Shown here piece after piece: positions 1 to 8,698 of a stretch of 25,685 nucleotides of DNA. Location: positions 1 through 25,685 of the IMG/VR virus record IMGVR_UViG_3300020044_002886; one strand, written 5' to 3'. A program made the translations under genes and the position numbers. The notes beneath the pieces are model-generated. The model had not been told where the DNA came from. It was given only the letters and a program-made list of their open reading frames with translations, and ran no database searches. Numbering within the stretch: position 1 is the first letter of the stretch; every line of letters starts with the position of its first letter. The DNA comes from a virus (lineage: Duplodnaviria; Caudoviricetes).

Positions 1-271
1 CAGCGACAGCGACAGACTTAGTGAAAATCTGTGTGCGGTTGCCGATACGGGTTGTTGGCGATGCGGTGATGCTAGAGGCATCAGCACCTTCAACAGCGCC
101 ACCCAAAGCAGCAGCGGCCAAAGAGTCAGTCTGCCACTCGTGGTAAGTTGCAGTTGCCTTGGTCTTGCCAATGGAAGACATGAAAGGAGTGTCGGTGGGG
201 CTGATGTTATAGATAACGTCAGAGAGGTCTTCGCGCATACCGATAGCGGTATAGGTCTGGTAGGTTGCCAT
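1..271 (-). CDS. Major capsid protein, N-terminal part (DUF5309/SU10-like family); runs off the window edge
   Basis: Manual translation from ATG at 271: MATYQTYTAIGMREDLSDVIYNISPTDTPFMSSIGKTKATATYHEWQTDSL...EGADA...RIGNRTQIFTKSV. The REDLSD.I.NISP.DTPF and HEWQTD motifs are typical of this capsid family. GGAG RBS upstream; lies directly downstream of the scaffold gene. Confidence 0.88.
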   Translation of the reverse strand, partial: MATYQTYTAIGMREDLSDVIYNISPTDTPFMSSIGKTKATATYHEWQTDSLAAAALGGAVEGADASSITASPTTRIGNRTQIFTKSVAVA

Positions 272-289
272 TTTTAAAGCTCCAAAAAT

Positions 290-1240
290 TTAAAGGAATC
301 GTTCAAACGCAGCAGCAGCATCACGGACTTTACCGGATTGACGCAGCCGTTGCATCACTTGTTTTTCCTGTTGCGACTGAGTATTTGGCGCTGAAGTCCC
401 AGATTTAAGCATCTTCGGAGCCTGTTGAACCTTTTTCTGGATTTCAGGTTTCGACTTCTGAAGTTGCTCAAACTTCATTGCTTTATACAGAGTCAGAACA
501 GCGCGGTGGTCATACACTGAACTAAGCTCTTGATCTGACCAGCCTTGAGACTTTGCGTATTCGCGGATTTGCTTGCGAACCTCATCGCCTTTAGGTGTAG
601 CCAGTTCAGGAATAGAAGCATTCAGCTTTTCAGCTTCTGAGGCAATATGCTTTTGCAAACTTTGCTGTTGTTCCGCTTGTTGCTGTTGAGCAATGCGGTT
701 CTGTTCAGCGCGGACAATTGCAAGTTGCTTATCACGCTCACTGCGTTCTGCGACCTTCACGGCATAACCGATCGGGTCCACTTCCTTCAGAGCTTCCAAG
801 TTCTCACCCTGATTCTGCTGACCCAAAAATTGGTTAAGGGCTTGCAGCTTCTGGGCGTATGCCTGTCGCTCTTGTTTCACTTGCTCAAGATGAACTCGCT
901 CGGCTTCAATAGCCTTACGCTGTTCAGCAAGAGCCTGAGATTTCTTCGTGTAATCAGCAGTCCGTTGGTATCCGTTGATAAGCTCATCAAGTTCAACTTC
1001 AACTTCCTCACCGTCTACCTTGGCCCGATATCGGGTTTTTGGCTGTTCCTCTTGGACTTCTTCCTCCGAATACTCAGCGGAATTGTCATCAGATTCTTCT
1101 ACAGATTCATCGGCTGTCTGAATGTTCTCTTCAGGTTGGCCTTCATCGGCTCCCGAATCCTCACCCATCAAACCAAGAAACGCAGAGGCGGCTTGATTCA
1201 CGTTTAGGCTTTCACTCCCGCTAGGGTTGGTGTTTTCCAT
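290..1240 (-). CDS. Capsid scaffolding protein
   Basis: Acidic N-terminus, KVDGEEVEVELDELINGYQRTADYTKKSQALAE motif, long coiled coil, C-terminal RLRQSGKVRDAAAAF; located between portal and capsid genes. Confidence 0.8.
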   Translation of the reverse strand: MENTNPSGSESLNVNQAASAFLGLMGEDSGADEGQPEENIQTADESVEESDDNSAEYSEEEVQEEQPKTRYRAKVDGEEVEVELDELINGYQRTADYTKKSQALAEQRKAIEAERVHLEQVKQERQAYAQKLQALNQFLGQQNQGENLEALKEVDPIGYAVKVAERSERDKQLAIVRAEQNRIAQQQQAEQQQSLQKHIASEAEKLNASIPELATPKGDEVRKQIREYAKSQGWSDQELSSVYDHRAVLTLYKAMKFEQLQKSKPEIQKKVQQAPKMLKSGTSAPNTQSQQEKQVMQRLRQSGKVRDAAAAFERFL

Positions 1241-1250
1241 GTGTCATCTC

Positions 1251-1280
1251 AAAAATCACTGGAACCGCCAGCGCGGGTGA
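1251..1280 (-). promoter_or_regulatory. Hairpin plus U-tract in the scaffold leader (weak terminator or translational operator)
   Basis: Minus strand reads TCA-CCCGCG-CTGG-CGGTT-CCAG-TGA-TTTTT, ending about 10 nt before the scaffold ATG. Confidence 0.3.
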
Positions 1281-1286
1281 GTTTCC

Positions 1287-1526
1287 TCACAGAATCTTAA
1301 ATCTCTTATCTTGGATTTGCTTCTCAGCAGCAATGCCTTGCAAGTGTCCAAGGATAAGGTCAACTGTCTTTACGACTCGATAAGCGTGTTCACGCTCATC
1401 AATGTCAACTTCATTTGTGTTCAATATAGCACTAATTTGCTGATTTTTCAAATCATCAATGACTTTTATGAAAAAGTCATCTTTGAGTAAGTTGTCAGCC
1501 CACTGTGCCAGAAGGAGTTTGTCCAT
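1287..1526 (-). CDS. Small head-module protein upstream of the scaffold gene
   Basis: 79 aa; A..LL.DDFF...EREHAY pattern of small helical proteins in the portal-to-scaffold interval; GAAGGAG RBS. Confidence 0.7.
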   Translation of the reverse strand: MDKLLLAQWADNLLKDDFFIKVIDDLKNQQISAILNTNEVDIDEREHAYRVVKTVDLILGHLQGIAAEKQIQDKRFKIL

Positions 1527-2904
1527 ATTGCCCTTGAATGCCAGAAATAATGTCGTTCAGTGTGAGGTTACCACCTTGACCACCTTGTAGGGTGTTCATC
1601 AGTTGGTTGTATCCCATGCCCATCTGAACGGGTTGGACAGCAGCAGGCTGAACAGGGTTAAGGTACTTCTCCCACTGAGTGCCACGCAGAAGCTCACGCG
1701 ATCCAAAATCAATTGGCGGCAATGGCTTATATGGGGCTTGTGTGTTTGTTGGTGCTCTCCAATCAGTTGGGACAGGAACAATATCAAAGCCTCCATTTTG
1801 TGGAGTAACTGAAGTTGGCACATTTGTAACACCACCAACTATTGCGGCAACTTTTGCCACATTTAATAAATTTCCTGGCGTCAATACACTACCACCACCG
1901 CCACCTCCACCGCCACCAACAACAGTAGGGGTACGCTTAGGAGTGCCTGTTTCAACTACCTTGGTAGGCAAGTAACCGGCTTCAGCCATATACTTTTCAA
2001 ATGAATTGCCAAGCTCATCAGCAGTCATTGGACCCATGTAGTTACCAGACGCCATGTCTGTAATAACATTGCCTTGAGCCAAGATTTGTTCAGGAGTCAT
2101 GCCAGCAACAGAACTATTGGCAATCATTTGCTCAATTGCGCTCATGGCCTCTGGTGTCATGGCCGATTGCATAAAAGCATCGTAAGCAGCATTAGTGCCA
2201 AACTCAGGAACCATACCGCCAGCAATATCAGCATCCATTGCAGCTTGCAGGTAGTCCGCATCAGTTACGCCAGATGCAAGAGCACTAGAAAGATACCCGC
2301 CAGCGCCGCCTAAAACAGCGCCTTTAAGCACATCACCACCTGTTAAAGCAGCATTACCGCCACCCAACAAAGCACTTCCAGCCACGTTGGCTGCTGTGCC
2401 TGTAAGACCTAAAGAGCCTCCCAGCAGACTACCAGCACCGCCAGCAGTCAGCGCCATCATACCAATGGGGCCAACTGCTTTGTAGGCGTCTTTTAAAAGA
2501 TCGCCAAAGTTGCCAACATCTTTAAACTGACCTGCTTTGATGTATTCGCCAGTAGGCGTGTATTGTTTGTAGGCATCGCCAGTTTGTTGGTTTTGGTTAT
2601 AAACCAATACTTCTTTTAATGGTGTTGACTCAGGCGCATCAATGCCTTGCAAAGACGATTGCTCATACACAGGCTGATAAACAACTCCACCTATGTTCTG
2701 AGCTTGTCCGGGGGAAAGTTGAGCAACAATATCTTGAACAGCAGGCGCAGCAATAACGCCTGTGGACATTGCCGCATTAATTTGAGAGGCTGGAATGCCC
2801 AAGTTAGCTGCGGCATTACTGACATCGGCGTAGGACAAAGTGCCACCGGCTTGGGCAGCAGCTTCTCGTACAAGCTGGTTTACATAGTCTTGTGAATAAG
2901 CCAT
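1495..2904 (-). CDS. Hypothetical Gly/Ala-rich protein, possibly an internal virion or ejection protein
   Basis: 469-aa ORF starting 3 nt after the portal stop; glycine-zipper-like segment (GAGSLLGGSLGLTG...GAVLGGAGGYL) and a poly-Gly linker. Confidence 0.65.
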   Translation of the reverse strand: MAYSQDYVNQLVREAAAQAGGTLSYADVSNAAANLGIPASQINAAMSTGVIAAPAVQDIVAQLSPGQAQNIGGVVYQPVYEQSSLQGIDAPESTPLKEVLVYNQNQQTGDAYKQYTPTGEYIKAGQFKDVGNFGDLLKDAYKAVGPIGMMALTAGGAGSLLGGSLGLTGTAANVAGSALLGGGNAALTGGDVLKGAVLGGAGGYLSSALASGVTDADYLQAAMDADIAGGMVPEFGTNAAYDAFMQSAMTPEAMSAIEQMIANSSVAGMTPEQILAQGNVITDMASGNYMGPMTADELGNSFEKYMAEAGYLPTKVVETGTPKRTPTVVGGGGGGGGGSVLTPGNLLNVAKVAAIVGGVTNVPTSVTPQNGGFDIVPVPTDWRAPTNTQAPYKPLPPIDFGSRELLRGTQWEKYLNPVQPAAVQPVQMGMGYNQLMNTLQGGQGGNLTLNDIISGIQGQYGQTPSGTVG

Positions 2905-2907
2905 TAT

Positions 2908-5031
2908 TTACCCCGGTATTTCAACATTACCACTGATGCCAGCACCGATCTTCATCGCTTTAAGCTGGGCCTCTGCTTCAAATTCTTGCTGCTTCATTTG
3001 GAAGTGCATCATCATCTTTTCACGTTCCATTTGCAACTCAGCTTCAACCTTCTCACGTTGCAACTGCATTTCAAGCGCAGCCTTTTGACGTTGAAACTCC
3101 ATGTCGGCTTGCATCTTTTGCTGTTGCATTTGCATGTCAGCTTGGAATTTAGCTTGTTGGGCTTGGATTTCAGCTTGCGTCTTTGCCATCATCGCCTGAA
3201 CTTCAGGAGGAACCTGAGGCTGTTGCTGAGGCGGGTTTTGCAACTGTTGGTCAATCTCAGGCGTAATCGGCTTAAAGAACTCAGCGGAGTCCTTGAAACC
3301 CGAGGCTTCAACGAAACGACCAAGAGTGCTGCGATATTGACCCAAAGAAACAAGCGGATTTGCAGGACCAAATTGCGCCAACATTTGCTCTTGTTTAGCC
3401 AAGACCATTTGAAGCATTGCCATTTGCTGGTCACGGTTGCCATTGCCAAGCCCCACATCAATTGACAAATCGTATTTGTTTGACCATGTGCGAGGGTCCA
3501 CGGAAACGTAATCACCACGCAAACGCAAGATACGTGCTTTATTCTGGTACTTTGTAACCAGATGCAAGATGCCTTCAAACAACTCTTTAACGCCACCTTC
3601 AGCAAACAATCGAGCAATCAACTCAATCTTGCCAGCGCCAGCTTGCTGCATAGATGCAACAGCAGCAGCAGTTACGTTTTGCAGGATATTGGCGTCCAAG
3701 CCTTGTGAAACATCAGTCACACCAGTGCGCTTTTGCTGGACAGAATCCAAGTATTGCAGCATTGGGAAAGACTGACTTGCCACGTTTTGGACAGTCAATT
3801 GATTGACAGCACTAGGATTCTTCACGCGAATCACGCCACCAGCAGTGGATGTCAGCAAGTCATCGAGGTTAACTTGACCTTCAACAGCGGTCACACGCGC
3901 ATTGTTTGTCAGATACAAGTTATCCAACATTTGACGGGTGATTGTGGTCTTAATCAGTTGCAGGTCAACAGTGCGATCAGCAAGTGAATTGCCAAAGAAC
4001 TTGTGCGGAATGGGAATCGGGCAGATTGAGTAGAAGGGAATATAGTCGCACTCTTCATTGCTCAGAATCTCATTGCCAGCGTAGAACACTTGACGCAGTT
4101 CAGCAATCCCATCATCATTCTCATCGTGCAAGATATAGCACTCAAAGACTTCAACCTCTTGCAGAGCAAACTCTTCTGCTTGAGTGTCATAAGGCTGTTC
4201 ACCAGGAGAGTAACGGACAACACGTTCAGGCGTATATGCAAGAGCATCACCACTTGGCAACGAGTCCACAATCTCTTTATCAAAGCCCATTGCAATCAAG
4301 TCACTGCGAGTTACTTGACGCCGATGAGCAACAAAAGGTGATGCCCGTGAACCACGGATAGCAACACCCTTCTTAGAAATCAAGAATTCTTCAGGCGGTA
4401 CGTTCTCAACAACAACACGGCTGGCGTTCTTTGTCTTTTTGACTTTTACGTCATTCAGGTTGAACGTAGGAACTTGACCACCAGCGGCCATGATGGTTTC
4501 GGCCATCACAGGGTCAACAGCAGGAATAGCACGGACATTCTGCGAAACGATTTCAATCTCATCGTCTTGCAACATCATTGCCATTTCATCGTCTGTCAGC
4601 CCCTCGTACTCCTCTTTGCTGACATCCTTCTTATCTTCCCAATACGCTTTTACGATGCCGTTCTTTTGCAGCAAGGCATCAAAGAACCAATCCCGCATGA
4701 TTGAAATGCCGGGATTGTCACGCATGAATATGTAGTTCAGGTAGTCGGTGGCTTGTTTAGCACCTGCCTCATCGCCTGGACCTGAAGGGTTAGCAACGAC
4801 AATCTGGTCTGAGCTAGTAAAGATGCGTAGCAGTGCAGGCAAAGCACCATCAATTGCTTCAGCAACCTCACCAGTGACAACTTGGCTTTTGCCTTCAACC
4901 TCATTGCCTAGAGGCTGTCTCAGATAGTATTGGAGTGCGGTTTTGCGCTGATCGACCGTTTCGCTTTCGATGAAACCAATACTATCGTCAATCGCTGCTT
5001 GAATCGCTGCTTGCAGGCTGATTTTGCTCAT
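2908..5031 (-). CDS. Portal protein (P22-like, with long C-terminal coiled coil)
   Basis: 707 aa after TerL; motifs YYLRQPLGNEVEGKSQVV, WFFDALLQKNGIVK, ENVPPEEFLIS, PIPHKFFGNSLAD, LDNLYLTNN; Gln-rich helical C-terminus. Confidence 0.92.
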   Translation of the reverse strand: MSKISLQAAIQAAIDDSIGFIESETVDQRKTALQYYLRQPLGNEVEGKSQVVTGEVAEAIDGALPALLRIFTSSDQIVVANPSGPGDEAGAKQATDYLNYIFMRDNPGISIMRDWFFDALLQKNGIVKAYWEDKKDVSKEEYEGLTDDEMAMMLQDDEIEIVSQNVRAIPAVDPVMAETIMAAGGQVPTFNLNDVKVKKTKNASRVVVENVPPEEFLISKKGVAIRGSRASPFVAHRRQVTRSDLIAMGFDKEIVDSLPSGDALAYTPERVVRYSPGEQPYDTQAEEFALQEVEVFECYILHDENDDGIAELRQVFYAGNEILSNEECDYIPFYSICPIPIPHKFFGNSLADRTVDLQLIKTTITRQMLDNLYLTNNARVTAVEGQVNLDDLLTSTAGGVIRVKNPSAVNQLTVQNVASQSFPMLQYLDSVQQKRTGVTDVSQGLDANILQNVTAAAVASMQQAGAGKIELIARLFAEGGVKELFEGILHLVTKYQNKARILRLRGDYVSVDPRTWSNKYDLSIDVGLGNGNRDQQMAMLQMVLAKQEQMLAQFGPANPLVSLGQYRSTLGRFVEASGFKDSAEFFKPITPEIDQQLQNPPQQQPQVPPEVQAMMAKTQAEIQAQQAKFQADMQMQQQKMQADMEFQRQKAALEMQLQREKVEAELQMEREKMMMHFQMKQQEFEAEAQLKAMKIGAGISGNVEIPG

Positions 5032-5173
5032 TGTTAACCCTTGGAGGTCGCCCGACTTTGGGCTTTGGGGCTAATTGTAGCCCTTTTACCAGATTTTCCA
5101 ATGCCTCAACACGTTTCTCTAGGGCATCAACCCTCTTGGCGTTTGAAATATCGCCTTGCTTCATCATAAACAT
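4988..5173 (-). CDS. Small hypothetical protein (coiled coil plus GRP basic motif)
   Basis: 61 aa starting immediately after the TerL stop; LEKRVEALE heptads and KPKVGRPPR; its 3' end overlaps the portal start by 44 nt. Confidence 0.6.
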   Translation of the reverse strand: MFMMKQGDISNAKRVDALEKRVEALENLVKGLQLAPKPKVGRPPRVNNEQNQPASSDSSSD

Positions 5174-6424
5174 TTAGACCACCCACTTTGCTGGTTTGTT
5201 GATTGACTTGCCCCATGAGCCGACATTCTCATCAAGAGCAACCGCCACATAACGCCAAGCATCAGCAGCGTGTGAGTGCTGGTCATGCAGTGGCTTATTG
5301 CTGAACATCTTAGTGTTTGGGTCCACGTCATAGCGGTAATGACGCAAATTCTGTAGCCCATCAGCACAGTTTGTTGCGTGAATGAAACACCTGTCTAGCA
5401 GTGTTCTGGCTGCGTTAATCCCGTCAGCAATGGACAATTTAGGCGTTATCCGTATTGGTTTACCCATGCCTTCAAGAATGTCTTTGACTGATTTGCCAGT
5501 CATATTCTTGTTTTCGGCATCATGAGGCAGCCACCAATCCTTGTAAATATATCCTTTGTCCTGAAGGATTTGAGCGTAGTGGTCGATGGTTTTCTGGCAG
5601 TTTTGGTAGAAATCAATCACCCTAACCTCACCGCCTGGAATGGTTTGGACAAACCATATAGAGGTCATGTCAGCCCAGCCCAAGTCCCAAAACGTCTGCA
5701 CAGGGATTGACTTGTCAATAATCAACTCACGGATGCGGTTCTCTTCCTGTGCTTTACGCAGTTCGTTGGCATACACAGCACCATCCAGCATTTGGCGTGT
5801 GTGGCCTTCCCATACGTTCAGGTAAGAATCCATGTTCTTAGCCTTCAGTTCTTCCAGTTCATCCTTTAGAACTTGAGGGAACCACGGATTGTCTGACCAG
5901 TTCACCTTGGCAATCTTTGCACTTGCAGGTGGATTGACCACAAACCGCTTGTAGGTTTCATCGGTGTCTAAGTCAGGGTTGAAGGTCACCCATATCTCTG
6001 AATCAGGCTTACGGATGGTAGGAATCAGCGTTTCCCACGATACTTTAGATACGGCTTGGCCTTCTTCAATCCAGCAAATGTCCACACCCTCAAACGACTT
6101 GATTGAGGTGACGTTGTGCTTTAGACCCGCAAAGCTGAACTCCGATCCGTTCTTGCCATAGATAGCTGTGCGCTGTACGTCAAAGAAAGATTCAAGCCCC
6201 ATCGCTTTGATCTGGTCACCCAATAGAGCAATCACAGAATCAGAGATGGAGTTCTGCAACTCACGGGCGCAAAGGATTCGGGTTTGTTTCTGTACAGCAA
6301 TAGCAATCAATGCTCGGGCCACCGACCAAGATTTCGCAGACCCGCGACCACCGTACAGTATTTTGTATCGGTGCGGCTCAAACAGGAATCCTAGCTTTTC
6401 AGGGAAATCCAGTTCAAGATTCAT
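5174..6424 (-). CDS. terL: Terminase large subunit (PBSX/XtmB family)
   Basis: Walker A YGGRGSAKS, CARELQNSI, Walker B ICWIEEGQ, TFNP, nuclease motifs WDLG..D and HAADAWRY. Confidence 0.96.
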   Translation of the reverse strand: MNLELDFPEKLGFLFEPHRYKILYGGRGSAKSWSVARALIAIAVQKQTRILCARELQNSISDSVIALLGDQIKAMGLESFFDVQRTAIYGKNGSEFSFAGLKHNVTSIKSFEGVDICWIEEGQAVSKVSWETLIPTIRKPDSEIWVTFNPDLDTDETYKRFVVNPPASAKIAKVNWSDNPWFPQVLKDELEELKAKNMDSYLNVWEGHTRQMLDGAVYANELRKAQEENRIRELIIDKSIPVQTFWDLGWADMTSIWFVQTIPGGEVRVIDFYQNCQKTIDHYAQILQDKGYIYKDWWLPHDAENKNMTGKSVKDILEGMGKPIRITPKLSIADGINAARTLLDRCFIHATNCADGLQNLRHYRYDVDPNTKMFSNKPLHDQHSHAADAWRYVAVALDENVGSWGKSINKPAKWVV

Positions 6425-6722
6425 TCGGCTTGACCAGCTTGATTTGAATAGCAGAAATCTCTACCGGACCACCGTTGTTTCCAGTTACTTCTGTTCTTGC
6501 CAGTTTGGGGATATGGTACTCAATGGCTCTGAGATACAAGTCAGCGGCTTTTGCTGGGTCTGGTCTATTGCCTCCAGAACCCTCTGCAACGCTGTCTAGC
6601 CATTGTTGTAGCTTATGGGCGTTACCCTCTGCGAAAGTGGCTATAGCGGCCCTTACGTCAGCCGTAGCCCTATTAACTGAACCTTTCGGTCTTCCTCGAC
6701 TAGATTCGGTTTGTTTATTCAT
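6414..6722 (-). CDS. Putative terminase small subunit
   Basis: 102 aa directly upstream of and overlapping TerL; GRPKGS.N motif at the N-terminus and PKLARTEVTG..GGP at the C-terminus. Confidence 0.75.
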   Translation of the reverse strand: MNKQTESSRGRPKGSVNRATADVRAAIATFAEGNAHKLQQWLDSVAEGSGGNRPDPAKAADLYLRAIEYHIPKLARTEVTGNNGGPVEISAIQIKLVKPNES

Positions 6723-6725
6723 GGT

Positions 6726-6770
6726 TTGACTCCCGTAGGTTGGTCAATGTTGATGCTGACTTACATCAGC
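6726..6770 (-). promoter_or_regulatory. Tandem hairpins in the TerS leader, one sequestering the RBS
   Basis: Minus strand: GCTGA-TGTAAG-TCAGC (6755-6770), then TTGAC-CAA-CC-TACG-GG-A-GTCAA (6726-6747) with a cUACGg tetraloop; the GGGAG Shine-Dalgarno lies in the loop/3' arm. Confidence 0.55.
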
Positions 6771-6776
6771 GGGTTG

Positions 6777-8027
6777 TTAACGGTCTAGTAGACCTCTGCG
6801 GATAATTGTACCGCTTGAGTCCATTTGAATAAGGTTGTCAGGATATACGTCCAGGCCATACCCTGTATCACCAGTGTATTCAAACGGAAAATATTTCCTA
6901 CGCTCTTCAGGAGTCAAGTCCATTCGGCGCTGTGTAAGTCTTGCCTCGGCTTCACCCATCAGGTTTCCGTATGCTTGCATTGGGTCAATTTGAGCAGCAC
7001 CAACCAGCGATTGCCGTTGATTTATTAGGTCATCGTACTCATTACGCAGCACAGACTTTTCTTGAGCAGTTGTTGCAGGGTTATCAATTTGCTGAACAAG
7101 CGCACGCATTTTTTCATTTAAAGAAGTGATTTGCTGGTTTGCTTCATAGCGCATTTTTGCAAAATCACGGGCATTTCCACCGACTCCAAAACCTTCAATG
7201 TCTTGAATTGAGTGCTGCAATTCATGTAATGTTGTTGATCTTGGGTTGTTCAGTAGGCCTTGAGTAGTTACATCAAGTTGATTGCCGTACAAAGAACCGC
7301 GCATTCCGTCATCACCCGATTTGCGACCCTGATAAACAACTCTTTGAGCAAGCTCAGGGTAAGCCTCAAACAAAGCTGGATGCTCAAGCGCAACATTTGC
7401 GTAGTTCCCAGTCATCCGAGGATCGGCGCTATAGCCGTAAAAGTCACTTACAGACTCTTGCAGCGATTCCGTTTTACCTTTTAACTCTTTCTTTGCTTGC
7501 GTCAATTCTTTAGGAAAAAGGTCTTTTGCCTCTTTTCCTCGCTGCTTTACAGCATCTAGCATCTCTTTGTTTAAAGCAATTTCAGATTCAATTTGTTCTT
7601 TTTTTGCACGAATGTCAGTGGCTGAATTAAATTTAGAGCCTTGATCGCTAATCTCTTGTCGCCATTGACCATCTGGCCCTTTAACAGTTCCAGTTGTTTG
7701 CCAAATCTCTTGAGGGGTTGCGCCCTTCTTTGCCATTTGACTAGCTTTAAATGCCATGTCTTTATTAAACATCTTGGACGATGGCCCGATAAACATCCCA
7801 ACAGGGTTGTACGCCTCAGCCATCAGACTAGCCAAACGCTGCGTAGCTGGACCGTAGTCAATGCCTTCCTTTGCGGCAGCGGCTGTCATCTCATTCAGAT
7901 TACGCGCCCTGTCGTTAAGGTTTCCAACAAACTGCTGTGCGCTCAATAGCGGATTACCAAGCAAATCGGTCAACTTTCGTTTCGCTACGTTGCCAGCACT
8001 GAAAATTTCACCAAGTAATCCAGCCAT
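6777..8027 (-). CDS. LPD23 (large polyvalent protein-associated domain 23) protein with HExxH zincin-like motif
   Basis: IWQTTG...GPDGQWRQEISD, HPALFEAYPEL, TTLHELQHSIQDIEGFGVGG and Y..LMGEAEARLTQRR are motifs I recognise from LPD23/metallopeptidase polyvalent proteins. Confidence 0.78.
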   Translation of the reverse strand: MAGLLGEIFSAGNVAKRKLTDLLGNPLLSAQQFVGNLNDRARNLNEMTAAAAKEGIDYGPATQRLASLMAEAYNPVGMFIGPSSKMFNKDMAFKASQMAKKGATPQEIWQTTGTVKGPDGQWRQEISDQGSKFNSATDIRAKKEQIESEIALNKEMLDAVKQRGKEAKDLFPKELTQAKKELKGKTESLQESVSDFYGYSADPRMTGNYANVALEHPALFEAYPELAQRVVYQGRKSGDDGMRGSLYGNQLDVTTQGLLNNPRSTTLHELQHSIQDIEGFGVGGNARDFAKMRYEANQQITSLNEKMRALVQQIDNPATTAQEKSVLRNEYDDLINQRQSLVGAAQIDPMQAYGNLMGEAEARLTQRRMDLTPEERRKYFPFEYTGDTGYGLDVYPDNLIQMDSSGTIIRRGLLDR

Positions 8028-8034
8028 ATCTATC

Positions 8035-8202
8035 TCACTTCTTATAACGGCCCATTGCTTTGGCGGCTTCGCTCATAGCAATTGCAACAGCTTGGTCACG
8101 GCTTTTGACAACCTTGCCACCTTTACCAGAGTGCAATGTGCCTTCTTTGTACTCGCCCATCACCTTGCCAACTTTGGCTTGGCCTTTTTTGGTCATCTTC
8201 AT
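8035..8202 (-). CDS. Small basic protein, DUF6496-like (not in the ORF track)
   Basis: Manual translation: MKMTKKGQAKVGKVMGEYKEGTLHSGKGGKVVKSRDQAVAIAMSEAAKAMGRYKK; ATGA overlap with the upstream ORF. Confidence 0.8.
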   Translation of the reverse strand: MKMTKKGQAKVGKVMGEYKEGTLHSGKGGKVVKSRDQAVAIAMSEAAKAMGRYKK

Positions 8203-8333
8203 TTATTGCCTTTCGGTTTAGAAAACTTGTATGCCATTGATTGCCAGCCCTTAGACTCAGCTTGCTTACGAGCTTGTTCAGCCAGTTTCTTGGCCTCTTT
8301 GGAGGTCATTGGTTGTTGGTTAGTAGTTCCCAA
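8199..8333 (-). CDS. Small basic hypothetical protein (TTG start; not in the ORF track)
   Basis: MGTTNQQPMTSKEAKKLAEQARKQAESKGWQSMAYKFSKPKGNK; GAAGGAG RBS; fills the gap exactly and its stop overlaps the next ATG. Confidence 0.6.
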   Translation of the reverse strand: MGTTNQQPMTSKEAKKLAEQARKQAESKGWQSMAYKFSKPKGNK

Positions 8334-8335
8334 TT

Positions 8336-8698
8336 TCAATCTCCTTCAGATTCGCCGTGTTCCCACCGCTTGCAAGTCTTGCCTTCGCCACAGACGAATT
8401 CAAACTTCTTGCAGTAGATAGCCATGTCGCCGTACATCTCTTTGGTTTCAGGGCTGTCATCACCGTATTCGCAGTTAGAACACAGCTTGCGTTTGGCCTG
8501 ATCTGGAGCAATTCGCCAGTGGTTAGCAAGGTTGCGCCAGAACTCGGAATTAGGCTTGCTTGGGTCTTTTGGCCCAAACATTTGCGTTTCTTCCATGTAT
8601 TTGATGGTTTTTGCGTTTTCAGCCTCATCAAATTTAGGCTCTTCAGCCTCTTCAATCTCGATTGAGATTTCCAGTTCTGTACCAAGCAAACCAGCCAT
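8336..8698 (-). CDS. Cys-rich hypothetical protein (metal or Fe-S binding candidate)
   Basis: 120 aa, GGAG RBS; CSNC...YCKKFEFVCGEGKTCKRW; first gene of the packaging/head operon. Confidence 0.75.
   Translation of the reverse strand: MAGLLGTELEISIEIEEAEEPKFDEAENAKTIKYMEETQMFGPKDPSKPNSEFWRNLANHWRIAPDQAKRKLCSNCEYGDDSPETKEMYGDMAIYCKKFEFVCGEGKTCKRWEHGESEGD

Noticed and set aside
647-4735. Long plus-strand ORFs opposite scaffold, the 469-aa gene and portal (e.g. 647-1207, 2986-3465)
   Set aside because: Antisense shadows of Gln/Glu-rich coding sequence (Leu/His-rich translations), with no RBS or motifs.
7861-8421. 186-aa plus-strand ORF
   Set aside because: Lies opposite tightly coupled minus-strand genes with recognisable motifs.
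8320-8685. 121-aa alternative-frame ORF overlapping 8336-8698
   Set aside because: No RBS or motif; the 120-aa frame has the GGAG RBS and the Cys pattern.
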